DNA of 63,676 bases, counting the filler, from Stramenopiles sp. TOSAG23-3 (lineage: Eukaryota), in NCBI GenBank assembly GCA_900128585.1. It is 5 parts of 5 records of this genome, joined end to end, with 100 filler letters (N's around TTAATTAATTAA, not from the genome) between each part and the next. Parts side by side here need not be neighbours in the genome. Positions count along the whole stretch, not along the records: positions 30,959 to 46,320 come from LT642526.1; 4 more parts are not named here. The stretch is one strand, 5' to 3'. A program made the position numbers and the translations under genes. Numbering within the stretch: position 1 is the stretch's first letter; every line of letters starts with the position of its first letter. This document shows, piece by piece, positions 32,668 through 43,866 of the stretch. The notes under the pieces are model-generated. The model was not told the origin of the DNA. It saw only the letters and a program-made list of their open reading frames with translations, and did no database searches.

Positions 32668-33653
32668 CGTTCACGGCAAGCAAGGTAAGGTGTCGGGAGA
32701 GCAAAGAGAAATTCGTGCGAGCGTGAAATTTGAAAATAATTGCACAAGAAGTGGATCAGTGTGGACGTATCAACAACGTGCTACCAACGGTGCAATGAAT
32801 GAAACAATGAAATCGAAAAACGTTTTGAATGTACTTTTCGTATAACCAAAACCGTTGACATCGAAGGATGAACGTAGCCCTCTGTGCGTCTCGATTTGAG
32901 ATCTGAATTGATTCCTCAATTGATTCCTCAATTGAAACACATTGATCATTAGAAACACTTTGATCATTAGAAACATTCAAATTTAAAAATAAAAGATCGT
33001 TATTTTTAAAATAAAAGATCGTTATTTTTTCATTCTCGTTCATACATTAAGGCTAATAAATGAATAACAATGATTTCGATCTCTTCACTCCGTTTATAAT
33101 ACATTGAATAACATACCAATCAGAAAGTAATAAGCCATCCTCTTAAACCAACATTCTTAAAAATGCTTAAAACTTCTTTAAAACTTCTTTATAATTTCGT
33201 TCTTCATTTTTCATTTTTCGTTTTTCGTTTCATAATTTATTTTCTATTTTAAAAATATGAAACGGATTGGGCTAAAAATAGAATCATCGTAGAAAAGAAC
33301 GGACTTATCGAACTAAGGTGAAATAGTAAAACAAATGAAATATGTTCAATGCTAAATGGATGTTAATTATATAACAAAGAATTCGTCTATCCTTAAGATT
33401 AGGATAACCATTTTCTCATATTTATTAACATGGAAATAGCATAGAACAATATATTTATGGAAAAAAAAAATATTATTAAAAAAACAATCGAAAAAGGGAA
33501 AAAATCTTCGAAGAAGTGAAACGGAACAATAGAAATGCGAAATGAAAAAGGAAAGATTAATTTCAATTTCACTTTCAATTTACGTTTACATTTACATTTA
33601 CAGTTAACTTGAGCTCTTCCCTTTTTTGTTTTTGTTGTTTTTGCCACACCATT

Positions 33654-35789
33654 ATGGAAGTGATGGATCAGTTCAATCGTTTGGACGAGGAATTGTTCGG
33701 GGAGGTTGAGGGGAGGGGAGATGGCCTTGGGTTAGAGGATGGGATGATCGGGGAGGAGTACCCGTACGACGAGGACGTCGTTGGTCTTGGGGACGGTTAC
33801 GGGGGGTTTCCAGGGGAAGACCCGTTGCGAGGGGTGCAGCCTGTAAGCCCGGCCCGGTCCCCCCTGTCCTTGTCCCACCACCAGTCGTCCCGGTCCCCGT
33901 CCATCCTTACGTCGTCGAAATTCCTGGCCAGTGGCCCGGCCCCGGCACGGCAGCGCCGCGCGGCCGCCGCGCCCTCGTACGCCCAGCCGACCGCCGCCCG
34001 GGCGACCCACGTCGCAATGTCCAATAGAAAACGCTCCGCGAACAAGATCGTCCGGGGCCCGTCGTTCTCCCCGTCCGGGGGAGTGATGGGGCGGTCCCCG
34101 CCCCCGCCCCGGAAGCCGCTCCTCGTGACGTCGATGGGCCGGGACCCGGCCTTCAAGAAGCACCACGACGACGAGAAGCGGCTGGAGGAACAGATGACAC
34201 GGCTTCAGTACGAAATGCGGCACTTGCGGGAGAAGAAGAAGGACGAGTACGAAAAGGTCCAGTCCCGGTTTCGACGGGTGTACGAGCGGCACCAGGCCGA
34301 AGTGAACCAGCTGGCGGCGGTCAACGCGCACCAGCAGCAGACGATCGAGACGATCAAGCAACGGTACGCCGCGGTAGTGCGCCGGGCCAAGCGGGAGACC
34401 GTCGCCCTTCGAAAGCAAGCGCAGGCGCAAAAGGCCCTGTTGGAGCAAGAAACGAACGAGAAGAACCTTATCGCGGACGAGCGAGGGGCCTGGGTCCAGC
34501 AGAACCAGTTTCTGCGGAAAGAGCTTGCCAAGATGCAAAAGCAGCTCGAGGAAAAGTCGGAGGAGAGCAAGAACATGGCCAAGATGAAGCGGCGGCTGAG
34601 CGTGGCCCGGAACCAGCAGATGACCGAGTCCGACACCGCGCACCAACAGATGGTGCGCACGCTGAACAGTCGGCTGGAGGGTTTCTTCCTCAAGGCCCGC
34701 AAGAGCTGGGACCGGCGGATGGTGAAGCGGGTAAAGGTAAGGGTCATGGCGTGCTGGGTCGCATTGTACGAAAGGCAACGGGCCAGAAAGAAGAAGATGC
34801 GGAAGGTCATCCAAAGGCTCCTCTTCCGGAACATCTACATCGCCTTTCAGACTTGGCAGCACGGAACGGAGGAGTTCGTTCGGCTCCAGGGAACGATGAA
34901 GCGGGTCGTGGCTCACATGCGCGACCGGCGCCTGGCAGTAAGCTTTGACGGGTGGAAGGACAAGATCGACAAGCGCGTTCGTGCCCGGCAGCTCCTGGAG
35001 AAAATCATCGGAAAGGTCGAGAACAAGCAGCTCGCAGCAGGCTTCGAGACGTGGAGGGGGTTCACCGAGGACGACAAGGCGTCGGCGTCGTGCTGGCGAC
35101 GCCTCTGCTGCTGCTTTCGCCGGAAGAAGAAGAAGAAGAAGAAAAAGAGGGGGTGCCTTGCGCGGCTCTGCTGCTGCTGCTGCAAGCCAAAGCCCACCCC
35201 AGAGGCCGAGGAACCACCAAAGCGCCCGGCTAAAAAGGGGCGGCGGGGGGCGGGGAAGGCGTCGCCTGCGAGGCCCCCGAAACGGGCGCCCGAGCGGCCC
35301 ACAAAGGACGGCGACGACGCGCCCAAACGGAAACGGTGCTGCTTTCCATTCTGCTGCTTTACCCGAAAGGCCAAGCCCACGCCGAAACCAGCCGAGACGA
35401 AGAAGAAGAAGAAGCGGTGCTGCTTTCCGTTCTGCTGCTTTACCCGAAAGGGCACGGAGGTGACGACCATCCAGGTGAGCCCGGCCAAGACACCCCCAAG
35501 CCGCCCAAAGAAGCGACGGACCATGGAGGACCTGAGGCCGGACGAGACCTGGCGGATCGAAGCGTTCGTCGACGAGGAGGACGATGGGGAGCCCCCGGCT
35601 TGGGGGGCAGTGCAATCCACGGCGGGGGCAAGGAGGCGGGGGAGGCGCCAGCCGGTGAAACGTAGGGGGAGAGAGACCGCCGCAAGTCGAAGGGGGAGCA
35701 GGAGCAGCGGCCCCGAGCAGCGTGGGAGAAGGACGTCGAAGTCGAACTCCAGGAGGCGCCCATCCCGGAACCAAGTCAGAATGTTGTAA
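33654..35789 (+). CDS. Coiled-coil protein with Sfi1-like Trp repeats and Cys-cluster/polybasic motifs
   Basis: Long coiled coil; AFQTWQ, SFDGWK, GFETWR at ~33-aa spacing; CWRRLCCCF, CLARLCCCCCK, RCCFPFCCF x2. Confidence 0.75.
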   Translation: MEVMDQFNRLDEELFGEVEGRGDGLGLEDGMIGEEYPYDEDVVGLGDGYGGFPGEDPLRGVQPVSPARSPLSLSHHQSSRSPSILTSSKFLASGPAPARQRRAAAAPSYAQPTAARATHVAMSNRKRSANKIVRGPSFSPSGGVMGRSPPPPRKPLLVTSMGRDPAFKKHHDDEKRLEEQMTRLQYEMRHLREKKKDEYEKVQSRFRRVYERHQAEVNQLAAVNAHQQQTIETIKQRYAAVVRRAKRETVALRKQAQAQKALLEQETNEKNLIADERGAWVQQNQFLRKELAKMQKQLEEKSEESKNMAKMKRRLSVARNQQMTESDTAHQQMVRTLNSRLEGFFLKARKSWDRRMVKRVKVRVMACWVALYERQRARKKKMRKVIQRLLFRNIYIAFQTWQHGTEEFVRLQGTMKRVVAHMRDRRLAVSFDGWKDKIDKRVRARQLLEKIIGKVENKQLAAGFETWRGFTEDDKASASCWRRLCCCFRRKKKKKKKKRGCLARLCCCCCKPKPTPEAEEPPKRPAKKGRRGAGKASPARPPKRAPERPTKDGDDAPKRKRCCFPFCCFTRKAKPTPKPAETKKKKKRCCFPFCCFTRKGTEVTTIQVSPAKTPPSRPKKRRTMEDLRPDETWRIEAFVDEEDDGEPPAWGAVQSTAGARRRGRRQPVKRRGRETAASRRGSRSSGPEQRGRRTSKSNSRRRPSRNQVRML

Positions 35790-36106
35790 GTTTAAGCGGT
35801 TACACTTTGATATAAAAAAGTAAAATAGAAAAGGTGTTGTAAAGAACCATGTATACGCACGATCGTAGTAACAGATTTTAAAAATAAAATGAAAGAAAAG
35901 ATTAAGGAAGATCCTTATTTCATTGAGCAGTACCACAGACAACGAGCCCTTCAAAAACATTTATGCCGCTGTATACTTTTAAGACCAATCAATTGGAATC
36001 TTGACCAGAACTTGGGGAGGATCTGCAATAGGAGGAGATATTGTTCTTGAACAATAACAGAGCCAATTTTTCTTGCTTTTTGTTTAACAATTATATTTAT
36101 AAAACA

Positions 36107-39100
36107 TTACTCCGAACCGGCGGCTTCCAGTGCTTCGACTTCCTGCTGCAACTCGTCAGCCTTGTCAAAATCATCCACTGCAACAGCGTCTTCTATCTGT
36201 TGCTGCAAATCAGCGATCTTGGCCGCCCGCGCCGCCTCGTCGCCCGCTGCTCCGCCATCATCAGCCTCCCCCTCGGCGGCCCCTTCCTCTTCCACTGTGG
36301 CCCCTTCCCCCTCGGTCGCCCCGGGGGCATCTACGCCCCCGTTCTCCTCCGGCACCGCCGGCGCATCCTCGGCGTCCAGGGCTGGGGCCTCAGCGGTCGG
36401 CGGCTGGATGTCCGCCGCGCCTCCCTTCGGGGCCTCGCCCCCCACCTCCTCCCCGCCCCCCCGTTCTTCTTCGTCTTCAACCTCTTCCTCCTCTACGTCC
36501 TCCACTCCGTGCTTGGCGCAGATTTTCTCGATCTCGTTCCGGCTGGCAGACAGGGCAAACGCAAGGATGTCTACGGCGGACGACTGGCTTGTGCTCGGGA
36601 CCCGCTCGATCTTTCGTATTGCCCCCTTCACGATCCGGCGCTGCCCCCTCAGGATCTTCAAGCACGTGAGGTCCCCCTCCTTGGTCGCCGCGGCCAGCTG
36701 CCCCTCCTGATCCTCGACGGCCTCGTGCGCCGCAGCCGCGCGCTGGACGGCACGGTTCAACTCCTCGGCGGCCGCCTCCAGCTCCGTCTGCAGCCCCCCC
36801 TTCTCCGCGGTCTTCTCCTTGATGCTGATGGTCGCCTGCTTCGCCGCTTTGAAGTTCTTCGCCGCGACGGCCCGCTTCTTCTCCCCCTCGAGGGACGGGA
36901 TCTTCTGCTCCAAGACTTCGACTCGGTTCCGGATTTCCGCGAGCGTGGCCTCGATCTCCCCCTCCTCTGCCCGGACGACCGAGAGCGCCTGCTTGGCTTT
37001 CCCCACGTCGTCCCGCATGGACTGGTGGACCGCCCCGTTCTCCGTCGTCACGACCGCCATGCTCTCCCGGGCGCCCTTCAGCTCGAGCAGGGCCGCTCGC
37101 ACGATGCGAATGAGGGTCTGCTCGGACGAGAGCTGGTCGATTCGGCCCACCAGGTCGGCGTGCTCGGCCGCCACGATGGCCTCGTGGTTACGAATGTTCT
37201 CCTCCGTTGACGCAATCCGCTCCTTCTGCTCGACGCACTCTTGCTGCTTCTTGTCCAGTCGGCCCTGCCGCGCCGCGAGCTCCGCCTGCCTCGGGGCGTA
37301 TATTTCCATGATGCGGCTGATGTTGGTCTCGCTCTCGTCGACCCGCTCCACGATGCCCTTCATCTCGCCCTCCTTTTCCCGCAGCTGCGCCATCAGCGCG
37401 TCGATGTCCGCCTGGACCCGGGCCCGCTCGCCCTCCCACTTCTCTTTCTCGCCCGTGTGCGTCGCCGTCTCGGTCGCCACCTTTTCGTCCAGCACGGCGC
37501 GGTCCTCGCCCAGGCTCTTGCTGTCGGTGAGCATGGTCTCCTCCTCCAGCTCCAGCCGTTGCACGAGGACCCGCAGGCGCTTCTCGTCGTCCCCCTTCCG
37601 CGAGGACCGCTCGCGCTCGAACCCCTTCAGCTTCTCCCGCTCCACACCCTCCTTTTCCCCGAGGCCCTCCGACATGGCCTCGATCTGGGCCACCTGCGCG
37701 TCCATGATGGCTTCCCGGGCCGCGGTGTTCTTCGCCAGCGCCGCCGCCAGCGCCGCGACGCTGCCTTCCGCGGACTGAAGCAGCTGCTGGTAATCGGAAA
37801 TCGACACGTTGAACTGTTCCGCAGCGTCGTAGTCCTCCTGCTCGATCGCCACCGCCTGCTTCTTCTCGGCCATCGCCAGCTCCGTCCGGTACGACTCGAC
37901 CGTCTCCTGCGCCTTTCGCTGCTCCGCCTCCGTTTCGCCCTGCCCCGTTTCGAGCGCCGTCAGCTCCGCCGTCACCCGCTGGACGTACGCCTGGAAGTCG
38001 TCCGTAGGGAGGGGGGACTCCTCGACGACCCCCGCCGGGGGTTCGTCCTCGGGAGGGGGCACGACGGTCTCGGCCCCTTCGTCGCCGGGCGCCCCCCCCC
38101 CGCATTACCGCCGAAACGTCGAGCTCGATGCCCGCGAACGCGTCGGGCTCCTCGGGCGCCTCGTCGTCGGCGACGACGACGGGCACTGGCGGCGGCGCGG
38201 CCGCCGCGTCCTCGCCCGGGGGCACCGCGTCGTCGTCCGCCACGGCAATGCTCCCACGGTACGTCGGCAGGACGACCGTCTCTTTCTCCGCCTCTGCGGG
38301 GGGGGGCGCCACGTCCGTTTCGACGTCGTCGCCCTCCGACGGCTCGCCTTTCTTGCTCGATTTGTGAATCGTCATGCCCGACAGAAGGCTTCCCGCGCTT
38401 GCGCCCGCGGCCGGGTTCGGGGTGATCGGGATCGAGTCCAAGTCCATGGCGGTGGTGGTGCTGGTTGGGGCGGGGGTCGCCGCCGGCGCTGGCGCTGGCT
38501 CTGGGGGTTTCTGCTGCTTCAAATCTGCCATTGCGGCCGCACGGTCAAACCCGATCCGCTTCCTTGCCGACCGTTTCTTTGCCACCCTTCGCTTCTGCAC
38601 GACGATCGGCCCCCGCGTCGCGGCGCTCCCCGATTTCGTGGACAAGTCCGAGAAGAGGTCGACGGGCGCGGCCGGGGTCGTGTTCGTGTCCGCCGCGGTC
38701 GGGGTTGCCGACATGAACCCGAACCCGGACGCTGGGGTCGCGCTGTCGCCCCCCGTCGTCGGGGCCGGGTTCGGTGTCATAAAGTCGAACCCCGTCCCAC
38801 TCTCCGTTGCCGTTGCCTCTGGCGCGGGGGCCGGGGTCGACGTCATGAACCCAAACCCGCTCGCGGCGGGGGTGGTCCCTGCGCCCGGGGTCCCTCCTCC
38901 TCCCCCGGCCCCCATAAAGTCGAACCCAGACGCGTTCCCCGCGCTGGCCGCAGGGTTCGGCGTCACCGCGATCGAGTCCAGGTCCAGGGCGGCCCCGCTC
39001 GACGGGACCGCCGCAGTCCCTGGCAACGGTATCCTCGCCGGCGCCCCGTTCGCGCTCGGTCGCACCTCTAAGTTTCCAAACAGACTGCCCGCCGTGCTCG

Positions 39101-39287
39101 ACGGGGCGGCGTCCTCCCCGACGCTGCTCATACTTGTGCGCTCCCCGGACGTCGGCAAGTTGAAAAATCCCCCACTCTCTTCTTCCTCGGCCGGTGCCTC
39201 TGGGACGGCGTTATTCGGTGGCAACACTGGTGGTTTTTGCACCGGTTGCTGCTTGGCAGATTTTTTCCCAAAGAGTCCATTAAACAT
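36107..39287 (-). CDS. Large coiled-coil protein with UVR (UvrB/C) motifs and disordered N-terminus; frameshift in the G10 run (C10 on + strand) at 38092-38101
   Basis: N-terminal SGF(D/G)FM motifs; UVR-like KQAVAIEQEDYDAAEQF, KKRAVAAKNFKAAKQ, IEDAVAVDDFDKADELQQEV; the two ORFs join at the homopolymer. Confidence 0.8.
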
Positions 39288-39650
39288 GGTGGTCGTGTTG
39301 TTGTACAAAGAAAGAAAAGTTTGTTCTAGAGATGGTTCGTGATGTTTCGTTACTAAATAAAATTAAACCAAATACGAAACAAAAACACTTGCGTATATTT
39401 TGTAAACAGATCTATCTATCTAGATCTAAATTGATCGAAAGACGAGTGTATTCTTGGAAAGAAAAGAAGAAAAATTGTCTTTCTTCTTCTTTTCTTTTTT
39501 TGTGTCTGTGTGACCGACCCGTGTGACCGACCGACCCGCGCGTGGTGGAAGAATGGAGAAAGAAAAGCAAAAAAAATTTTTTTTTACTTTTTTTCTTTTG
39601 AATGAGATTTTGGGTTTGTTTGGGGAAGAAGAAAAAGAAAGTTCGAATTG

Positions 39651-39690
39651 AGGATTTAGGATTTGGATTTTGGATTTAGGATTTAGGATT
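39651..39690 (+). repeat. Degenerate (GGATTTA)n telomere-like tract in a divergent intergenic region
   Basis: AGGATTTAGGATTTGGATTTTGGATTTAGGATTTAGGATT. Confidence 0.7.
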
Positions 39691-40085
39691 CGTCCTGTCA
39701 ATTAATTGTTAATCGCCACGTTAGATTTTTTAAAAGAATTTTCTTTCGATTTTGTTTGAAGAACTTTCTTTTTTTCTTTCTTTTTCTTCTGTTTTTTGTA
39801 GTTTGTACGTCATTTCTTTGGGGAGTAACGAAATCTTGAACAAATGTGTTTGAACGAATGAGAATTCAATTCAATTCGATTCAATTCAATTCTTTTGCCC
39901 CCCTCCCCCCCGCACACACAGGTTCCTCTTTTGGTCGTTCTTTTCCGCTTGTTGTTGTTTCTTCCTTTTGTATATTAGTTTTAGAAAAGATTCAACCGTT
40001 CAACTACAATCGATCAATCAATTGAATCTTCAACCTTCACTTCGTTCGATTGGTCGATCATTGGTATTGTATAACCGCGCCGACG

Positions 40086-41633
40086 ATGTCGTCGTTGTTC
40101 AACGACAGGGCCAGTCGGGACCTTTTGCCCGACCAAGCGCTGGGAAACATGAAAGCGTTTTGCCGGACCCAGATGAAAACGTACAGTCGACGGTACAATG
40201 CCTCAATTAAGATCCAACGCTTGTTTCGACGGTGGAACGCGACGGGAAAACGCCGACGGCTTCAGGAACACACGTACTCGATCAAGGCGGCCAACCTGTT
40301 CGACCAAGGCATAGCGCTTGCCCCGAGCGACGGGGTGACCGGGGTGCCACGGGTCGTTGGGTTTTACCCCGTCCCGACTTTGGTGATCAAGTACCGGCTT
40401 GTCGACGAGAACGACGAAATTTTGTCCGTGAACAACCGAAGCCTGGCCGGGCTGACCGTCCAAGAAGCCCAGCGAATGGTCCAGTACTACAAGGAATCCT
40501 TGAACACGGACGGGGTGCCGTTGACGATGCGGCTTCGACGGGACATTCGGCCAACGGAAACGTACGTCGTGACGTTCCAACACTTTCAACTCCCCCTGGG
40601 CCTGGTCCTGGTGCCGAACCCAAAGCTGGCCGCCACCAACGCGCCGACGGCCTCGTCGCCCTCCCTGGTCGCCGCCGCGCGGGCGGCGTTCTCGAACGCG
40701 GTGAAAGGGCGGCTCGGCCGGCGGAAGACGCCCGTGCCGGCCCGGAGGGAACCCCCGCCCTTTGCGACCGACCACGACGCCGCGTCCCCCCTGGCGGTCG
40801 GACCCCTTCGACCGGTGGCAAAGGGCGCGCTGGAACTCTCCCAGGCCGTGAGCGTCGGGGACCAGCTGGTGTGGATCGAAGGCCACGGGACGACGCTGCC
40901 CCACAAGTTCGAGGCGAACTTGGGGGCCCTCCTGCGGAAGGGGGACGGGGGGACGGACGTCGTGCGGAAGCTCGTCTTTCGAAGCGCCCGGTGCCGGGTG
41001 ACCCGGCTGGACTGCAACGTCGCGAGCGACCGTCGGCGGGACAGGCTGCACAGGGAGGCGGCGATGGTCCGTCGGCGTCGCGCCAGCAGCAGCAGCAGCA
41101 CCAAGCCGGAGGACGCGGCGCACCCGGCCGACGCGACCGACCGGGTGGAAGAGGTCCTGACGACGACGGGGCTCGAGGTGTTGAAGCACCCACGGTCGGG
41201 ACGGCCGGAAAAGCGGATCTTGTTCCTTCGGAACGGCGGGGCGCAGCTGGACGTGGAGCGCCCGGGGGAGCGCCCGGGCGTGATAGCGTGGGGTGGTGGT
41301 GGTGGTGGAGGGGATAGACGGAAGGCGGGGGGGGAAGGGGGGGCGTCCCCGGCCCGGCCGACGCGACTCATGCGGCTGTCCAAGCCAAAGGTGGTCCGCT
41401 TCGCCGACGTTCACATGGTCCTCTCTGGGTGCGAGACGGACGTGTTCAAACGGACGACGATGGTCATGGAGCGTCGGTCGACGTTTGGAGCCGGGGGGGG
41501 CGCCCCCAAGCCGTTGCGCTGTTTTTCCCTGGTCACGTCTGGGCGCACGTTTGACTTTGAGCTCGTGGCCCGAAAGGACAACGTTGTCGGGCGGGACAGC
41601 GTCGTCGAGTTCCTTCGGCACAAGCTGGGCTGA
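40086..41633 (+). CDS. IQ-motif / PDZ-like / PH-like domain protein
   Basis: ASIKIQRLFRRW (IQ); DEILSVNNRSLAGLTVQEA and VSVGDQLVWIEG (PDZ-like); LKHPRSGRPEKRILFL...CFSLVTSGRTFDFE (PH-like). Confidence 0.75.
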   Translation: MSSLFNDRASRDLLPDQALGNMKAFCRTQMKTYSRRYNASIKIQRLFRRWNATGKRRRLQEHTYSIKAANLFDQGIALAPSDGVTGVPRVVGFYPVPTLVIKYRLVDENDEILSVNNRSLAGLTVQEAQRMVQYYKESLNTDGVPLTMRLRRDIRPTETYVVTFQHFQLPLGLVLVPNPKLAATNAPTASSPSLVAAARAAFSNAVKGRLGRRKTPVPARREPPPFATDHDAASPLAVGPLRPVAKGALELSQAVSVGDQLVWIEGHGTTLPHKFEANLGALLRKGDGGTDVVRKLVFRSARCRVTRLDCNVASDRRRDRLHREAAMVRRRRASSSSSTKPEDAAHPADATDRVEEVLTTTGLEVLKHPRSGRPEKRILFLRNGGAQLDVERPGERPGVIAWGGGGGGGDRRKAGGEGGASPARPTRLMRLSKPKVVRFADVHMVLSGCETDVFKRTTMVMERRSTFGAGGGAPKPLRCFSLVTSGRTFDFELVARKDNVVGRDSVVEFLRHKLG

Positions 41634-41927
41634 CCGGGGGGGGGGGGGGGGGGGGATATTATAAAAAATATAATGTTTTATCGTAAGTTTTTAAACGAAG
41701 ATAATGAAGTTTAAGGGGTCGGGGGAGGCCAAAGTTCAAAGGAATCGGCGGGCAAGTTTTACTCTTTTTCAAATTTAAAAAATACAAACACAGGTAACTT
41801 AACTTATGGTGTAAGATACGTAAACAAACCACTGCGGACAACCTCCTTTGCTGTGAACACAAAATACAAACAATATGTTCTTTTGAAAGGTGTCGCCGCC
41901 GTTCCCCGTCGACTGGCCTGCCTTGGT

Positions 41928-42869
41928 TCACCAGAAATCGACAAAGGCGGCGCTCCAGTAGTGCACCTGTCGCCGAGACTTGTCGACGGACAGGTAGCAG
42001 TAGTTCAACGGGTTCTCTGGGTCCGGGAAGAGGCCAAGGGAGCCTTTGATCCCGGTCACGGAAAGGACGGTGGAATCGACGTAGAGCTCTTTCGTGTGCG
42101 CCCGCTTTCGAACGGTAACGAGGGCCTTGTAGATTCGCTTCGCGCAGTCCAGGTACGCCTTGATGTTGGTCTCTGGCTGGCACATGGACCCCCCGATCCC
42201 GATCGCCTGCATGATGCGAAAGAGGAACTCGGCCCGCTCGTCGTCGTCGTAGGCAAGGTAGGCCTCACTGTCCTCGTTCAAAAACATTTCCCGGAACAGG
42301 GACCCGCCCTCGCACCCGTGGTACCGCTCGGGCATGCACCCCCGAATGTACCCGTCCCCCCCCGTGATGTTCTCGCCCTTCAACCGGTCGAAAAAGGACA
42401 TGTTCAGCACCGTCGTACGAAGGGTGTCGAAGTCCACCCCGGTCGCCTCCCCCATCATCGCGACGAGGCCACTCCGCCGGCCGCTGACCTTAAGGGTCCC
42501 TTGGACTTGCCGGGAGTTGAAAAAGTCCTTTAGAAAGTTCGGGATCTTTTCCTCCGTGAACGCCTCGTCGAACCGAAACCGTCCGTACACCATGTCGCTC
42601 TCCAGCCCCCATTTCTTCAAGTACGTCTTGTCCTCCCGCTCTTTCCCCAGCGGAAACTCCGACGGGAGCGGGATGAACTGAAACTTTCCGCACTCCTCGG
42701 TGGTGGAAGCGGGCAGGAGGCTAACCTGCCGAACGGACTCCGTCGCTGCTTTGATGTCCAGGCTCGTCCCGCTAGTTGCGTTCGGCACGACGGTGTTTTC
42801 ATCGGCCGTTACTTCCGAAATCAACGGTTTCGCCCCGGCGGGGTTACCCTCGGTCACCAACGTTGCCAT
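41928..42869 (-). CDS. CFAP300: Cilia- and flagella-associated protein 300 (C11orf70, dynein arm assembly)
   Basis: YLKKWGL, MSFFDRL, EFLFRIMQAIGIGGSMCQPETNIKAYLDCAKRIYKALVTVRK, NYCYLSVD. Confidence 0.92.
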   Translation of the reverse strand: MATLVTEGNPAGAKPLISEVTADENTVVPNATSGTSLDIKAATESVRQVSLLPASTTEECGKFQFIPLPSEFPLGKEREDKTYLKKWGLESDMVYGRFRFDEAFTEEKIPNFLKDFFNSRQVQGTLKVSGRRSGLVAMMGEATGVDFDTLRTTVLNMSFFDRLKGENITGGDGYIRGCMPERYHGCEGGSLFREMFLNEDSEAYLAYDDDERAEFLFRIMQAIGIGGSMCQPETNIKAYLDCAKRIYKALVTVRKRAHTKELYVDSTVLSVTGIKGSLGLFPDPENPLNYCYLSVDKSRRQVHYWSAAFVDFW

Positions 42870-43466
42870 TCTGGGTGGAAAAACAAAAAAGGTAGACTTT
42901 TTCTAATGCTACAAGGAACGACTGCTGCTTCTGCTGCGACGACGACGATTGCTTCTGCAACAGGAAGAGAACAAATGGGACACGAGAAGGAAACGAAACT
43001 GGAATGAAATGGGCTTTGAATTGAAACGGACGGAGGACGAAAAATGTGTGGAGGACTTCTTTGTTATCTTTTTTGAAGATGTTTCTTTGGAACATTGAAC
43101 GATTGAATTGAACGATTGAAGGAGTGGAAAATTGGAAGAAAATTGGAAAAAATGTTTTTTTGATTTTAAAACTTTTCAAAAAACATTAAATTTCTTCTCC
43201 TTACTTTTTTTAACATTTACATAGCAGCGATATTAATTCATAAATAATAATTGAATCGGGCACATCCTTTCAATGTCCATGCTATTAAATGTATTATTAA
43301 TATGCGCGAAAGGATATCAATGAACGGATTGCTTCCAATGCCTTAAATGTATTTTAATGTTAGGATTAGGGTATTTATGGGAGGATTGAGTTTCGTTTGG
43401 GTGCATTGAAATGAATTCACCCATGTATTTGACCTTCCTCCTTTCAATTGTATACATAGGATAGGT

Positions 43467-43866
43467 GTACTTGTAGGATGGCTTAGAGAACGGCAAAAGG
43501 GACGTTTTTCAAGGAAACACTTTTATATATTCATAGTGTTGATTAGATATAAGTACAGATTGGAACACGTTTTAGATAGGTCATTTATCTCCTTTTTCTT
43601 CTAGTTTCATTTGAACTTCTTCCTTTTAACTGTTTCCTCGATTCGATTTGAATGCTTTTTTTTTCATAGGAATATCGTACTTGTAGGATCGCTTAGAGAT
43701 AAGCAAAAGGGACGTTTTTCAAGGAAACACTTTTATATATTCATAGTATTGATTAACTATAAGTACATAAATGGACGCATTTTAGATAGGGAATTTATCT
43801 CTTTTTTCTTCTTGTTTCATTTGAACTTCTTCCTTTTAACTGTTTCCTCAATTCGTTCTGAATGCT
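43467..43866 (+). repeat. Diverged 210-bp tandem duplication
   Basis: GTACTTGTAGGAT.GCTTAGAGA...GCAAAAGGGACGTTTTTCAAGGAAACAC...TGAATGCT starting at 43467 and 43677. Confidence 0.9.

Noticed and set aside
32905-33030. Nested short tandem duplications (12-, 18- and 22-nt units) upstream of the membrane protein
   Set aside because: Consistent with ordinary replication slippage in AT-rich intergenic DNA; not seen elsewhere in the window.
33732-41621. Very long overlapping alternative ORFs (742, 472, 394, 389 aa)
   Set aside because: Stop-codon scarcity in GC-rich coding DNA; no domain signal, whereas the opposite frames have recognisable motifs.
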